NCBI GenBank assembly: GCA_965207375.1
Contig: OZ242274.1
Coordinates: 896,001-960,000 of the forward strand
Origin: Nitrosopumilaceae archaeon
GTDB lineage: Archaea > Thermoproteota > Nitrososphaeria > Nitrososphaerales > Nitrosopumilaceae
Reading direction: 5' to 3'
DNA: 64,000 bases
Numbering within the stretch: the first letter of the stretch is position 1; every line of letters begins with the position of its first letter. Below, piece after piece: positions 39,475 to 49,012 of the stretch. The position numbers and the translations under genes are program-made. The notes beneath the pieces were generated by a model. It had not been told where the DNA came from, did not search any database, and saw only the letters and a list, made by a program, of their open reading frames with translations.

Positions 39475-42400
39475 GTGTCTGTGAAAATTCGTCTTGTGCA
39501 ACGATTCGGTGGAACTAGCTTCATTTTCTTGGTTATAATCATGGGATTAGGCTCATTTACAATTTTTACTGAAATTCAAACTGATGAAACTAGACACTTT
39601 GAATTTCCTTTAAATTATTTTTCTATACAAAAAGTATGGGGCCACGACGGTGATGGTGATGGAATTGATGATGATACGGGAATACCTGTAATTGATGAGG
39701 CATCAGTTGATCCATTTCCTAGTTCTGGGGATGATTTTCGGGCCACTTTGAATGCTGCTGGAATTATTGGTGCAGGCGGCTCTACAAATAGTACAGGCAC
39801 TGCCACTGCCACATTGCTGTGGAGTGAAAACCAAGAAAGATTGCAATATGAAATTGAATTTTCTGGATTTATCTTAGATTCTAATGGAAACAGCACGCAT
39901 GAAAATGTGACCAAAGTACACATTCATATCGGTGATGTGGATTCTGCTGGACCTCATGCATTAAATATATTTGGTGGACCTGTTCCTGCGACAACTCAGC
40001 CACGCTCTGATGATTTTGATTTTGAATTAAGGTCAGATGATTATGTAATGTATGGAATATGGGGAGACAATGATCAACGAACTACCGGGTTATCTGATGC
40101 AGGTCGAAGCAAACAACTTTCAGATATGAGAGAGGAGTTATGTTCTGAAGATCTATATTTCCAAGTTCATACGAATTGGAATCCGGCAGGTGCAATTCGG
40201 GGCCAAATAGAAAAAACATCTGAATTGTGTGATTTTGATTTGACCACCGATCAATTTTCTAGCATCTTAAATCGTCAAAAGGTTGTAGCAGTAGGTGGAT
40301 CCTCATCTCAAACCGGTACTGGAACTGCTGAATTTCATTTTAATGCAGATCATACCCAGCTATACTATAGAATTCAATTCAACAACATCGATCTTAACGG
40401 TACTACATATGATACTGATGATGACTTGACAAAACTTCACATTCATCAAGGCGATGCAGATGTAGGTCACGGTGATCATGCTCTTAACATCTTTGGATTG
40501 CCTTCTGAGGATGATGTACAGATGGACTTTGATGAAGAGCAGCTAATAATTACTGGAATTTGGGATGATTCTGATGCAGTTTTAACAGGTACTGATGCAG
40601 GACGCTCTCATAAACTATCTGACATGATTGGACAATTATGCTCTGATAACTTGTATCTGCAAGCACATACTGACATTGGAAACATTCGTGGACAAATAGA
40701 ACTGCAAAATCATGATTTGTGTGATTTTGATCCGCTACAAACTGACTTTTACACCGTCATAGACGAATCTCAAATAGGTAGTGGTACCGGAAGCTTGGCA
40801 ACTGGCACTGCAAAATTCAGATTTAATTCACACGGTGATCAGTTACAATATGAAATATCACTGATTGGAATAGATACTGATGATGTTCAAACAATTGATA
40901 CTGCACTTGATGATTTAACTGCAATTCATTTTCATAATGCCCCTGCTGGAAAAAATAGTACTGTACACCTTCTTAATATTTTTGGTCCACCTGCAAGAGA
41001 TGATGACGACTTTGTTTTAACTCCTGGCAATGGAACAATTACTGGAATTTGGGACGATGGTGATGAATCATTTTTGCCTAGTGAAAATGGTCGTACAAAA
41101 ACTCTTACCTCTAGTATAGGTGAACTGTGTGCCGGAAATGTGTACATAAACGTGCATACACAAAGTCATAGTACAGGGGAAATTAGAGGACAAATACTCC
41201 CAACAGATGATAATGTTAGATGTGACTTTGATTTGACTGAGCATGATTTTGTTGCTACACTAACTGAATGCAAAATTGATCTTGCCAACGGCGATATCGC
41301 TAAATGTAGTGAAAATAACGAACACGGTTCTGATGATCACAGTTCTAACGAACACGGTCATCAAAGCAATGATGCTGAAATATCATCTAGTGCTGAAATG
41401 TTCTTGAATGGAGATAAAAGCAAAATGTACTATGTAATTGACTTTGACGGAATGGATGTGACCGGAATGAACACTACCGGAGGTCAATCTATTGATACAC
41501 GAGAAGATGATCTTTATAAAATCCATCTTCATTTTGGGAACGCAACTGAGGTTGGAGGTGCACATGCATTTAATATCTTAAGGCCAAATGGAGATGCCGA
41601 TGACATGCACATTGATAATGGCACCGGTATTGTTACCGGAACTTGGGAGCCTACAGATACTGCAAATAACCCTGCCATAAGACTTGTTGATATATTTGAT
41701 GATCTTTGCAATGAAAATATTTACTTTAACATACACAGCCCCGGAGGAACACACGGTTCGGCAGGAATTATTCGCGGACAAATAGAGCCTGATAGACACA
41801 GTGCCATATGTGACCCTCCATCTGTTCTTAGTGCAACGCTTACAAATTCCACCTCGATTAAGTTTGTATTTTCAACTCCCATCAATTCCACGTCTCTATC
41901 TGTCGATGATTTTACTACATTAGATCTTAATGGAACTGCAATCAGTTCAGTAATTGCTTCTGACTTTGCCAGAAAAGGTATTGTAACTGTAATATTGGAT
42001 TCTCCTGTAAGTTCAGATTATGTTTCTAATGGTTTTGTCAACATTGAATCTACACTTACAAGCGATATAGGAATTGAATTTGATACTGATGCAAACCCCA
42101 TCCCTATATCAAATGCATTATCTGGAGTTCCCTTATCTGTAACTCCTGAAAATTCTAACATCGTTTTGGACCCTTATTCAACCCTTGATCTTATTGTAAT
42201 TCACCATGATGCTACTGCTCCGATACTTGACTTTCGTGGTTTGAGAACTACTGATAACATTACTGTTCCTGGACAAACCAAAATCATCTTCCCCAACGGA
42301 ATTAATACCACGTCTGGTTCTAGACAAAACACTTTGATTGAATTTCCAGACGGTTTAGAAATCACAGGCAATACGGTCAATTTTGATGGTCAATTTGTAT

Positions 42401-43725
42401 TACCATCTTTTTCAATATCCTGCGGTGATACCGAATCATGTGTATCTCTTGGCAGTCCATCTGCACAACTGTACCTGAGCAGTCCTGTCAGGATTACCTT
42501 TATTGGCGATGCAGGTAAAACTCCTATTTTCATAGTAGGTGATCAGCCTAGAATTATTATTACTGCTCAATGTGACGGCGTTGACACACCTAAGGTGGGA
42601 GGTATTACAATTTCCTCTGGCACTACCAATGAAGAATGCTTTGTTAACGATTCAGGAGATTTGCATATTTGGACAACCCACTTTACTGTCTTTGGTGCAA
42701 CAAGAGATGGCATATCTGACACATCTTTTGATGCAGGTAGCACATCTAGGTCATCTAGTGGAGGTGGAGGTAAACCTACTGCAATATTGGCACCAAACCT
42801 GATTTCTTACAATGTGTGTGACGAATCTATTGACGGACTAGTCAGAGTTTTAACATTTAATGTACGCAACATTGATCAAATCGGAGTCAATCTGTATACT
42901 GATGACTATATTGCTTATGGAAAAGACATCTCCAACTTAATGTCTCCCTCTATGTATATTGACAGGATAAGTAATGATTATGTTTATACAATATTTGATG
43001 CTAAAATCCCCTCTGGAACAGAAAAATTCTTTGTAACCGTTTATGATACAGAACGAAACAAGGCAACTACATCCACACTAGTGGATCTTCGAAATAATCA
43101 ATGCGCCGATAACTTGTTTCCTCATGAGCTGAAAGATAAGGATGCCAATTTCTTGCCTATTGAACCATTAGATCAGTCATCATTTATGGTTCCTATGGAG
43201 GAACTAGTCACCGAATCCTTGGATAAATCTATAAAATTTGTAAGCAATTCGGTTTCAGATGTTAACGGCAAGGAAATCAAGGTACTTGTTAGATCTTCAC
43301 AATATGTAACAAAAGCGCCCGAACAAATCGTCCAACCAACCGAAATAATTACAGAATCTACTCCTGAATCTGAGTCACTTGAAAACAATACTAGTACAAA
43401 ATTAATTGAACCAACTATACCTGAACCAACACTAGACTCGATACCTGAACCAACCATATCCGAACCAACACTAGAACCAACACTAGAACCAACACTAGAA
43501 CCAACACTAGACTCGATACCTGAACCAACCATATCCGAACCAACACTAGAACCAACACTAGAACCAACACTAGAACCAACACTAGACTCGATACCTGAAC
43601 CAACCATATCCGAACCAACACTAGAACCAACACTAGACTCGATATCCGAACCAACCATATCCGAACCAACACTAGACTCGAAACCTAACCTCTTTGAACA
43701 AATTATTTCTTGGCTGTTTGGATAA
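39475..43725 (+). CDS. Large surface protein with four CHRD domains and an EPT-repeat stalk
   Basis: Four repeats of HxH...H(A/L)(L/F)NI...LC..(N/D).Y..(V/A/I)H(T/S)..G.IRGQI; N-terminal TM; C-terminal FEQIISWLFG. Confidence 0.85.
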   Translation: MSVKIRLVQRFGGTSFIFLVIIMGLGSFTIFTEIQTDETRHFEFPLNYFSIQKVWGHDGDGDGIDDDTGIPVIDEASVDPFPSSGDDFRATLNAAGIIGAGGSTNSTGTATATLLWSENQERLQYEIEFSGFILDSNGNSTHENVTKVHIHIGDVDSAGPHALNIFGGPVPATTQPRSDDFDFELRSDDYVMYGIWGDNDQRTTGLSDAGRSKQLSDMREELCSEDLYFQVHTNWNPAGAIRGQIEKTSELCDFDLTTDQFSSILNRQKVVAVGGSSSQTGTGTAEFHFNADHTQLYYRIQFNNIDLNGTTYDTDDDLTKLHIHQGDADVGHGDHALNIFGLPSEDDVQMDFDEEQLIITGIWDDSDAVLTGTDAGRSHKLSDMIGQLCSDNLYLQAHTDIGNIRGQIELQNHDLCDFDPLQTDFYTVIDESQIGSGTGSLATGTAKFRFNSHGDQLQYEISLIGIDTDDVQTIDTALDDLTAIHFHNAPAGKNSTVHLLNIFGPPARDDDDFVLTPGNGTITGIWDDGDESFLPSENGRTKTLTSSIGELCAGNVYINVHTQSHSTGEIRGQILPTDDNVRCDFDLTEHDFVATLTECKIDLANGDIAKCSENNEHGSDDHSSNEHGHQSNDAEISSSAEMFLNGDKSKMYYVIDFDGMDVTGMNTTGGQSIDTREDDLYKIHLHFGNATEVGGAHAFNILRPNGDADDMHIDNGTGIVTGTWEPTDTANNPAIRLVDIFDDLCNENIYFNIHSPGGTHGSAGIIRGQIEPDRHSAICDPPSVLSATLTNSTSIKFVFSTPINSTSLSVDDFTTLDLNGTAISSVIASDFARKGIVTVILDSPVSSDYVSNGFVNIESTLTSDIGIEFDTDANPIPISNALSGVPLSVTPENSNIVLDPYSTLDLIVIHHDATAPILDFRGLRTTDNITVPGQTKIIFPNGINTTSGSRQNTLIEFPDGLEITGNTVNFDGQFVLPSFSISCGDTESCVSLGSPSAQLYLSSPVRITFIGDAGKTPIFIVGDQPRIIITAQCDGVDTPKVGGITISSGTTNEECFVNDSGDLHIWTTHFTVFGATRDGISDTSFDAGSTSRSSSGGGGKPTAILAPNLISYNVCDESIDGLVRVLTFNVRNIDQIGVNLYTDDYIAYGKDISNLMSPSMYIDRISNDYVYTIFDAKIPSGTEKFFVTVYDTERNKATTSTLVDLRNNQCADNLFPHELKDKDANFLPIEPLDQSSFMVPMEELVTESLDKSIKFVSNSVSDVNGKEIKVLVRSSQYVTKAPEQIVQPTEIITESTPESESLENNTSTKLIEPTIPEPTLDSIPEPTISEPTLEPTLEPTLEPTLDSIPEPTISEPTLEPTLEPTLEPTLDSIPEPTISEPTLEPTLDSISEPTISEPTLDSKPNLFEQIISWLFG
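43406..43680 (+). repeat. Intragenic tandem repeat (gaaccaacacta 12-mers nested in ~75-bp units) encoding EPTL/EPTIS/EPTLDSIP
   Basis: Directly visible in the sequence; all units in frame. Confidence 0.92.
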
Positions 43726-44803
43726 ATTGAACGCTAAAATATTTCTTGTCTTACTGTTCCTTCTTCCGTTAGGATTTTCTTATGCAGACCATGGTAGTGG
43801 CGGAGGCACCGGCAGCTGTGGCGGAGATTGTACTGCGCCTACCTTGGGCGAGGACAATTCTGGCAAACAGTTTGTGGCAGGTGGACTTGGAATTAACGGC
43901 AAGTTTTTTGATGTAAAAGGATTCAAACAGGACATACCCACTCAAACTCTCACTATAGGAGAGCCCAATGAAATAATAATCAAGGTATATGAAAACAAAG
44001 GAGTCCATCAATTTGCCCATGCTAGTTTAATGCTTGGCCTAGAAAATGAGATAATCAATGGAATCTCTGTAACCACTCATCCTGTAACTTTGACGTGGGA
44101 AAAAACTTTTGATGGAACAGTCTCAGTAAACGTAGATGATAAAAATAGCCTGCTTGCAGACATTGACATTTCCTCTGATCTAACTCGTGATATATTTGGA
44201 AATGAAGACAACCTACTTGAGATAACATTTAGCTTTGTCCCCCTACAGAATTTTGATCCTAGCGTCATAATAGTACAAATCTGGGATCAAAGCAGAAATA
44301 GCTGGACCAATTATTTTTATGATGCATTTGAAATCAATTCTGCTGATACCATAATATCTCAAATTGAAGATATTTCAATTAAAAATCCAAATGACGATAT
44401 ACTTGTCATTCCCACATGGCTAAAGCTAAATGCACAACTGTGGTCACAAAATCAACTAGATGATTCAACCTTTGTTGAGGCAATAAAATACTGTATAGAC
44501 AATAAAATAATGAATATTCCAAATCTGCCTAATTATCAGCCTGAAGATGTTTTGTCCTTTGTAGACGTAAAAAAAGGACCACAATACTATCTTGACAGAT
44601 ATTATAACGAGCCAATCTACAGAACATGGTTTGATGAAAACTTTCCAGACTATACCATAGAGCAGGCAGTGGGATTAAACACATCATCTATTCCTGCATG
44701 GGTAAAAAACAATGCCGATTTATGGGCAAACAACATGATCTCTGACTCTGATTTTGTTGTTGGAATAGAGTACTTGGTCAAAAACGGCATTATCGTCATT
44801 TAG
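43694..44803 (+). CDS. Secreted protein with IPxWxKxNA cell-surface repeats
   Basis: Signal peptide then DHGSGGG..CGGDCTAPTLG; IPTWLKLNA and IPAWVKNNA..W repeats typical of Nitrosopumilaceae. Confidence 0.8.
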   Translation: MNKLFLGCLDKLNAKIFLVLLFLLPLGFSYADHGSGGGTGSCGGDCTAPTLGEDNSGKQFVAGGLGINGKFFDVKGFKQDIPTQTLTIGEPNEIIIKVYENKGVHQFAHASLMLGLENEIINGISVTTHPVTLTWEKTFDGTVSVNVDDKNSLLADIDISSDLTRDIFGNEDNLLEITFSFVPLQNFDPSVIIVQIWDQSRNSWTNYFYDAFEINSADTIISQIEDISIKNPNDDILVIPTWLKLNAQLWSQNQLDDSTFVEAIKYCIDNKIMNIPNLPNYQPEDVLSFVDVKKGPQYYLDRYYNEPIYRTWFDENFPDYTIEQAVGLNTSSIPAWVKNNADLWANNMISDSDFVVGIEYLVKNGIIVI

Positions 44804-45748
44804 CTATTGAAAATGCAACCATCCTCTATTTTGAATTCTCACCGTTTTATCTCTAGTTTGCAACATTACGTGTCTTCCTAGTTCCACCCTTCCAATCTTG
44901 TACAACTTGATGCGCTCCTTTTTTGCAATATTTTTTATCTTTGTAAAATTTCGGGCCGACACTGTGAACACAAACTCGTACTCTTCTCCTCCAAAAAACA
45001 CCATCTTTTCCAAATCCAAACCGCTTTTGCTTGAAAATACCTCCAATTCATTCTCTACTGGAAGATTGTCTATGATGAATTTTTTGCCGCTTTGATTTGC
45101 CATTTCATTTAATGTTTTAGCCAGACCATCACTAGAATCCATTGACGATGACATGTATTTTTTTATCCTGACTCCAAAGTTTAATTTCGGCATAGGCTTG
45201 CAAAATGCTCTTTTTAACCGTGCTTGGCCGCCTGCGTGTCCTTTTTTCTCTTTTAACAACTGCAATCCGGCAGCAGCATTTCCAAATGATCCTGTTACGC
45301 AAATTAGATCCGCATTTTTTGCACCTGCTCTCCTGATAATTTTGTCTGTGTTTGCAAATAACGCAACACTGATTGAAAGCTCTCTGCCCTCATTTGTGTC
45401 TCCACCTAGAATCTTCACCTTGAACTCCTTTGATGCCTTTTGAAACCCTTTTGATAATTTGACTATGTGTTTTTTTGCAAATTTGTCAGGCAAAGTTATT
45501 GAGATTATTCCAAATTCTGGCCTGACCCCCTTTGCTGCAAAATCACTAATACATGCAGCTATGCTTTTTCTAGCAATATCTGCAAAATCCATACCCTGTG
45601 GAACATCTGTACTCTCAACTAGTGTATCTATTGAGGAAACCATACATCCTGTTTTATGCCTGAATATCTCCACATCTTCTGCAACAAACTTTTGCTTTAA
45701 ATTTTTTTGAAAAACCCTGATTATGTCTTCCTCATTTAATTTTTTCAT
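44804..45748 (-). CDS. thiL: Thiamine-monophosphate kinase
   Basis: ISDFAAKG, GGDT, MDSSDGL and GGEEYE motifs. Confidence 0.92.
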   Translation of the reverse strand: MKKLNEEDIIRVFQKNLKQKFVAEDVEIFRHKTGCMVSSIDTLVESTDVPQGMDFADIARKSIAACISDFAAKGVRPEFGIISITLPDKFAKKHIVKLSKGFQKASKEFKVKILGGDTNEGRELSISVALFANTDKIIRRAGAKNADLICVTGSFGNAAAGLQLLKEKKGHAGGQARLKRAFCKPMPKLNFGVRIKKYMSSSMDSSDGLAKTLNEMANQSGKKFIIDNLPVENELEVFSSKSGLDLEKMVFFGGEEYEFVFTVSARNFTKIKNIAKKERIKLYKIGRVELGRHVMLQTRDKTVRIQNRGWLHFQ

Positions 45749-47030
45749 AACACTGATTCACTATTTGTTTTGTTACATCTACAATATTTCTTACTTTTTC
45801 CAAGTCATTTGATTCTCCTGACACCCTGATGACATCTTCTGTATTTGACTTTCTAATTAAAACCCACGAGTTTTCATCTATGATTACCTTGATACCATCA
45901 GTTGTAATTATATTGGAAAACTTTGTTTGTAATTGTTTTGTCACCTCTTGCAATGTTTTATCATGTGATGCAGATTCAATTGTAATTTTGTCTCTTATTT
46001 GGTGATACTGTTTGATAAATTCTATGATTTCGTTGAACTGTTTGTCTTCTAGCATTGATGCTATTAGCCCGCTTGTCAAAATCCCATCTCTGCAATAGTT
46101 AAACTCTGGCAAAATAAATCCACCACTGCTGCCTTCTCCGCCTGCCTGAGATTGTGTTTTTAATATGGCATCTATGACATTTGCCTCTCCTACCTTGCAT
46201 CTTGTTACCTTTCCACCTCTTTCTTTGACAAATTTTTCAATAGCAACACTGGTGTCTATACTAAAAACAAATTTCTTGTATCCTAGTTCAATACATTTTG
46301 CCACGCCTAATCCTAATGTAACATCTGGCGTCTGTTTTACGCCATCCTTTACAACAACAAGCCTGTCCCCGTCAAGGTCAAATGCAAATCCTATATCGTA
46401 TTGTGTGGATTTTTCTACCAAATCCGATAATTTATCACTGGTAGGATCTGGCCCACGTGTCGAATTATCTATGGATTCATTAATCGTCTCCACATTGCAG
46501 CCTAGTTTTTCCAATAATCTTGGTGCAATATTGGCAGCCGCACTGCCCCCCAAATCCACTATTACATCAGGATTACCTGAGATTTTACCAATTTGCTTTA
46601 ATGCATCTTGCACATAATTTGAGAGTATTTGATTCTGCTCTCCTAATGCACCCTTTTGAATTTCCTGTTTTGTAATTACTGTGTGCAATTCTGATTCATT
46701 TATTCCCCTTCCTTCTACAACAAACTTGAGTCCATTCCATTGTAGCGGATTGTGTGACGATGACACGATTAATCCGGCCCCGTATTTTCGTGCCTCCCTA
46801 AATACTACAGGTGTAGGCGCAATATCTAATGTATACACATCTATTCCATTTTGTATGAGTGCTGCACTTGCAACCTCCTGTATTGCACGTCCAGATGGTC
46901 TTGTGTCTCTTGCTATTACGCATTTTTTTGATTTTACTAGATGAGAAAAATTATTTGTAAATTCTATTATTTCCTTTAGCGTCAACTCTTTGCCAAAAAT
47001 ACCCCTTATTCCTGAAACTGTTCTTTTCAT
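45732..47030 (-). CDS. Phosphohexomutase (PGM/PMM/GlmM family)
   Basis: SSSHNP, FDLDGDR, GGEGS and RKSNTE motifs. Confidence 0.9.
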   Translation of the reverse strand: MKRTVSGIRGIFGKELTLKEIIEFTNNFSHLVKSKKCVIARDTRPSGRAIQEVASAALIQNGIDVYTLDIAPTPVVFREARKYGAGLIVSSSHNPLQWNGLKFVVEGRGINESELHTVITKQEIQKGALGEQNQILSNYVQDALKQIGKISGNPDVIVDLGGSAAANIAPRLLEKLGCNVETINESIDNSTRGPDPTSDKLSDLVEKSTQYDIGFAFDLDGDRLVVVKDGVKQTPDVTLGLGVAKCIELGYKKFVFSIDTSVAIEKFVKERGGKVTRCKVGEANVIDAILKTQSQAGGEGSSGGFILPEFNYCRDGILTSGLIASMLEDKQFNEIIEFIKQYHQIRDKITIESASHDKTLQEVTKQLQTKFSNIITTDGIKVIIDENSWVLIRKSNTEDVIRVSGESNDLEKVRNIVDVTKQIVNQCYEKIK

Positions 47031-47083
47031 ATGTCAAAATCCAGCAAGACTTTTTATTAACTCTGACTACCTTCGGATTTCGT

Positions 47084-47157
47084 GCCTCGGTAGCTCAGCC
47101 TGGTAGAGCGAACGCCTCGTAAGCGTTAGGTCTTGGGTTCAGATCCCAATCGAGGCT
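47084..47157 (+). tRNA. tRNA-Thr(CGT)
   Basis: aacgc-ctCGTaa-gcgtt; cloverleaf. Confidence 0.95.
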
Positions 47158-47329
47158 TTAACATTTAAGAAATTTATTTTTCCTGGGATTCGATGTCTGT
47201 TTCTAGATCTTTTCCTAATCCAATCCACCACTGCGTTGATTCCTCTGTCATTCTCCCCAAAAGTAAATGAAAATCGTCCTTTATAGATCTGTCGGTTGAT
47301 TTTTAGCTGATAAGCATACGATCAAAAAT

Positions 47330-47509
47330 CTATTCTTTTAATTCTTTTTTCTTTTTTTGCTTTTTGTAAATTATGATCGCCAGGGCCCCGACTGCGCATG
47401 CCCAAAACAGTGGCCAACCGATGGGATCTTTTTGAGGAATAGGTCCTATGAATGCATAAATTGTACCTCCAATCAACCCAAATCCGATCAATTCTAGCAA
47501 TTTACTCAT
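47330..47509 (-). CDS. 59-aa two-TM protein (below ORF-track cutoff)
   Basis: MSKLLELIGFGLIGGTIYAFIGPIPQKDPIGWPLFWACAVGALAIIIYKKQKKKKELKE. Confidence 0.6.
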   Translation of the reverse strand: MSKLLELIGFGLIGGTIYAFIGPIPQKDPIGWPLFWACAVGALAIIIYKKQKKKKELKE

Positions 47510-47544
47510 GATTCTCTAATTATTCTAATTTTCAAAAAGATATA

Positions 47545-47760
47545 TTGTTTTATTCTCTGTCTTTTTTGTTGGACAAATATCTGATGGTGGTTCTAATGTT
47601 TATGATCGCAGGAATGGGCATTGCCATTGTAAGGGATCCTCCTCTTTTTGCAATGTTTTATGCAATGCTAGCAGGAGCCATTGCCATTATACTGTATAGT
47701 GCAATGAAGAGTAGAAGGTCTATACAGCGTGAAAAACGTAAAAAAAAATTTAAAAAATAG
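47545..47760 (+). CDS. Small two-TM protein with a basic tail
   Basis: Hydrophobic helices followed by a K/R-rich C-terminus. Confidence 0.65.
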   Translation: MFYSLSFLLDKYLMVVLMFMIAGMGIAIVRDPPLFAMFYAMLAGAIAIILYSAMKSRRSIQREKRKKKFKK

Positions 47761-47763
47761 ACA

Positions 47764-48042
47764 CTAGAGGTCTAAACCAAATGATTCTGCAATAGATGAG
47801 AATCTTTTGTAGGACTCTAGATATTGTCTTCCTTTTGGTGTAATTATGTATGTGTTTTTGCCGTCATATTCGATTTTGTTAATTAATTCTGCCCCGGTTA
47901 GATTTTCAATGAATTTTGCTAATCTTGAATGAGACAGATTTGCCTTGGTTAAAAGAGAAGTAACTTTGATGCCTTGCTGACCAGACTCTTGAGTAACTGA
48001 TAGCAGGTCTGCTACAATTTTCATACTAGTTCTATAAGTCAT
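47764..48042 (-). CDS. Winged-helix DNA-binding protein (HTH_45/ArnR1-like)
   Basis: YRTSMKIVADLL...KANLSHSRL...YIITPKGRQYL. Confidence 0.85.
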   Translation of the reverse strand: MTYRTSMKIVADLLSVTQESGQQGIKVTSLLTKANLSHSRLAKFIENLTGAELINKIEYDGKNTYIITPKGRQYLESYKRFSSIAESFGLDL

Positions 48043-48126
48043 TATAATAAAGTAAAACTACCATGATATAAGGGTATTATCCAAATTACGATCAGATAAA
48101 TATGATCTGAGAACAACCCCTCAACG

Positions 48127-48711
48127 ATGTCTTCAGAACATTCGGTACCTTGGAATGGTGATTTTTTGGGCATTGCGTATAGGTATTTTGATCTACGGAT
48201 GAATGTAGCACCTCTTTTTGCTGACCGAAAACCCGCAGCCGGTTTGTGGCATGAGACAATTCATTGGTGGCCAGACTATTCAATCAAGCTGAGATTTGTA
48301 GAAACGACTGATCAGTATTGGTTTATTCTCGGCTCTGATTCCCAACGTCCTGCAACAAATCTTGGATTTTGCAAGCTATTAGATAAATCCCAAAGCTATG
48401 AGCGATTTAAGAAAGGATATGGCGGGGAGGCCTATCTTCGATTGGGAGTTTTTTCTAAAAAATACAAAAAAGATGTCAAAGATGATGCGCTGTGCAATTG
48501 CGGCCATGAGATGTTTGATCATGGTGAAACTCCGTCTGAAGAGGACTGTTTATACGAAGAATGCAACTGCAAAAAATTTGAAAGCTTTGAGGTAAAACTA
48601 TTAAAAAAGAAAAAGACTATCACCGATATAAAATTTCTAAACGAATCCCAAGTCCGAGACGATGCATTGGCATGGAACTGTTTGAATTTCAACAAATATT
48701 CTAAAAACTAA
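48127..48711 (+). CDS. Conserved hypothetical protein with a CxCxH..H..C..CxC zinc site
   Basis: CNCGHEMFDH...CLYEECNC. Confidence 0.75.
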   Translation: MSSEHSVPWNGDFLGIAYRYFDLRMNVAPLFADRKPAAGLWHETIHWWPDYSIKLRFVETTDQYWFILGSDSQRPATNLGFCKLLDKSQSYERFKKGYGGEAYLRLGVFSKKYKKDVKDDALCNCGHEMFDHGETPSEEDCLYEECNCKKFESFEVKLLKKKKTITDIKFLNESQVRDDALAWNCLNFNKYSKN

Positions 48712-48866
48712 CTTGTATCCATTCTTACATGATCCCCTGGATAATGCTCTGCAATTTTTTTAGAATAACAGTCCCCACACAGTGGACCCTCTATTTTCCA
48801 GTCCTCCATTGGATAAAACGTGTTTGTAATTTGGCCTTTGCATATTTTACATTTTTCTTTGGCCAT
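48708..48866 (-). CDS. 52-aa zinc-finger microprotein
   Basis: MAKEKCKICK...PLCGDCYSKKIAEHYPGDHVRMDTS; TATA-like box upstream. Confidence 0.7.
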   Translation of the reverse strand: MAKEKCKICKGQITNTFYPMEDWKIEGPLCGDCYSKKIAEHYPGDHVRMDTS

Positions 48867-49012
48867 TTTGAATTCTGTCTTTTTAATCTATATAAAAATC
48901 ATTTTGGTAGTCTAGAAAAATCATGTTAAATAATACCCTACCTTACAAATTGCAGGTAGCTGGTCTAGTCAATGTAACCTCCTGCAAGTTTTTACTTGAC
49001 TGGGCTTTCTAC

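Noticed and set aside
43173-43672. Antisense ORFs (SSVG / VLVL repeats)
   Set aside because: They are shadows of the EPT repeat on the opposite strand.
43406-43680. Possible CRISPR array
   Set aside because: Repeats are contiguous, in frame, lack unique spacers and lie inside a CDS; no cas genes in the window.
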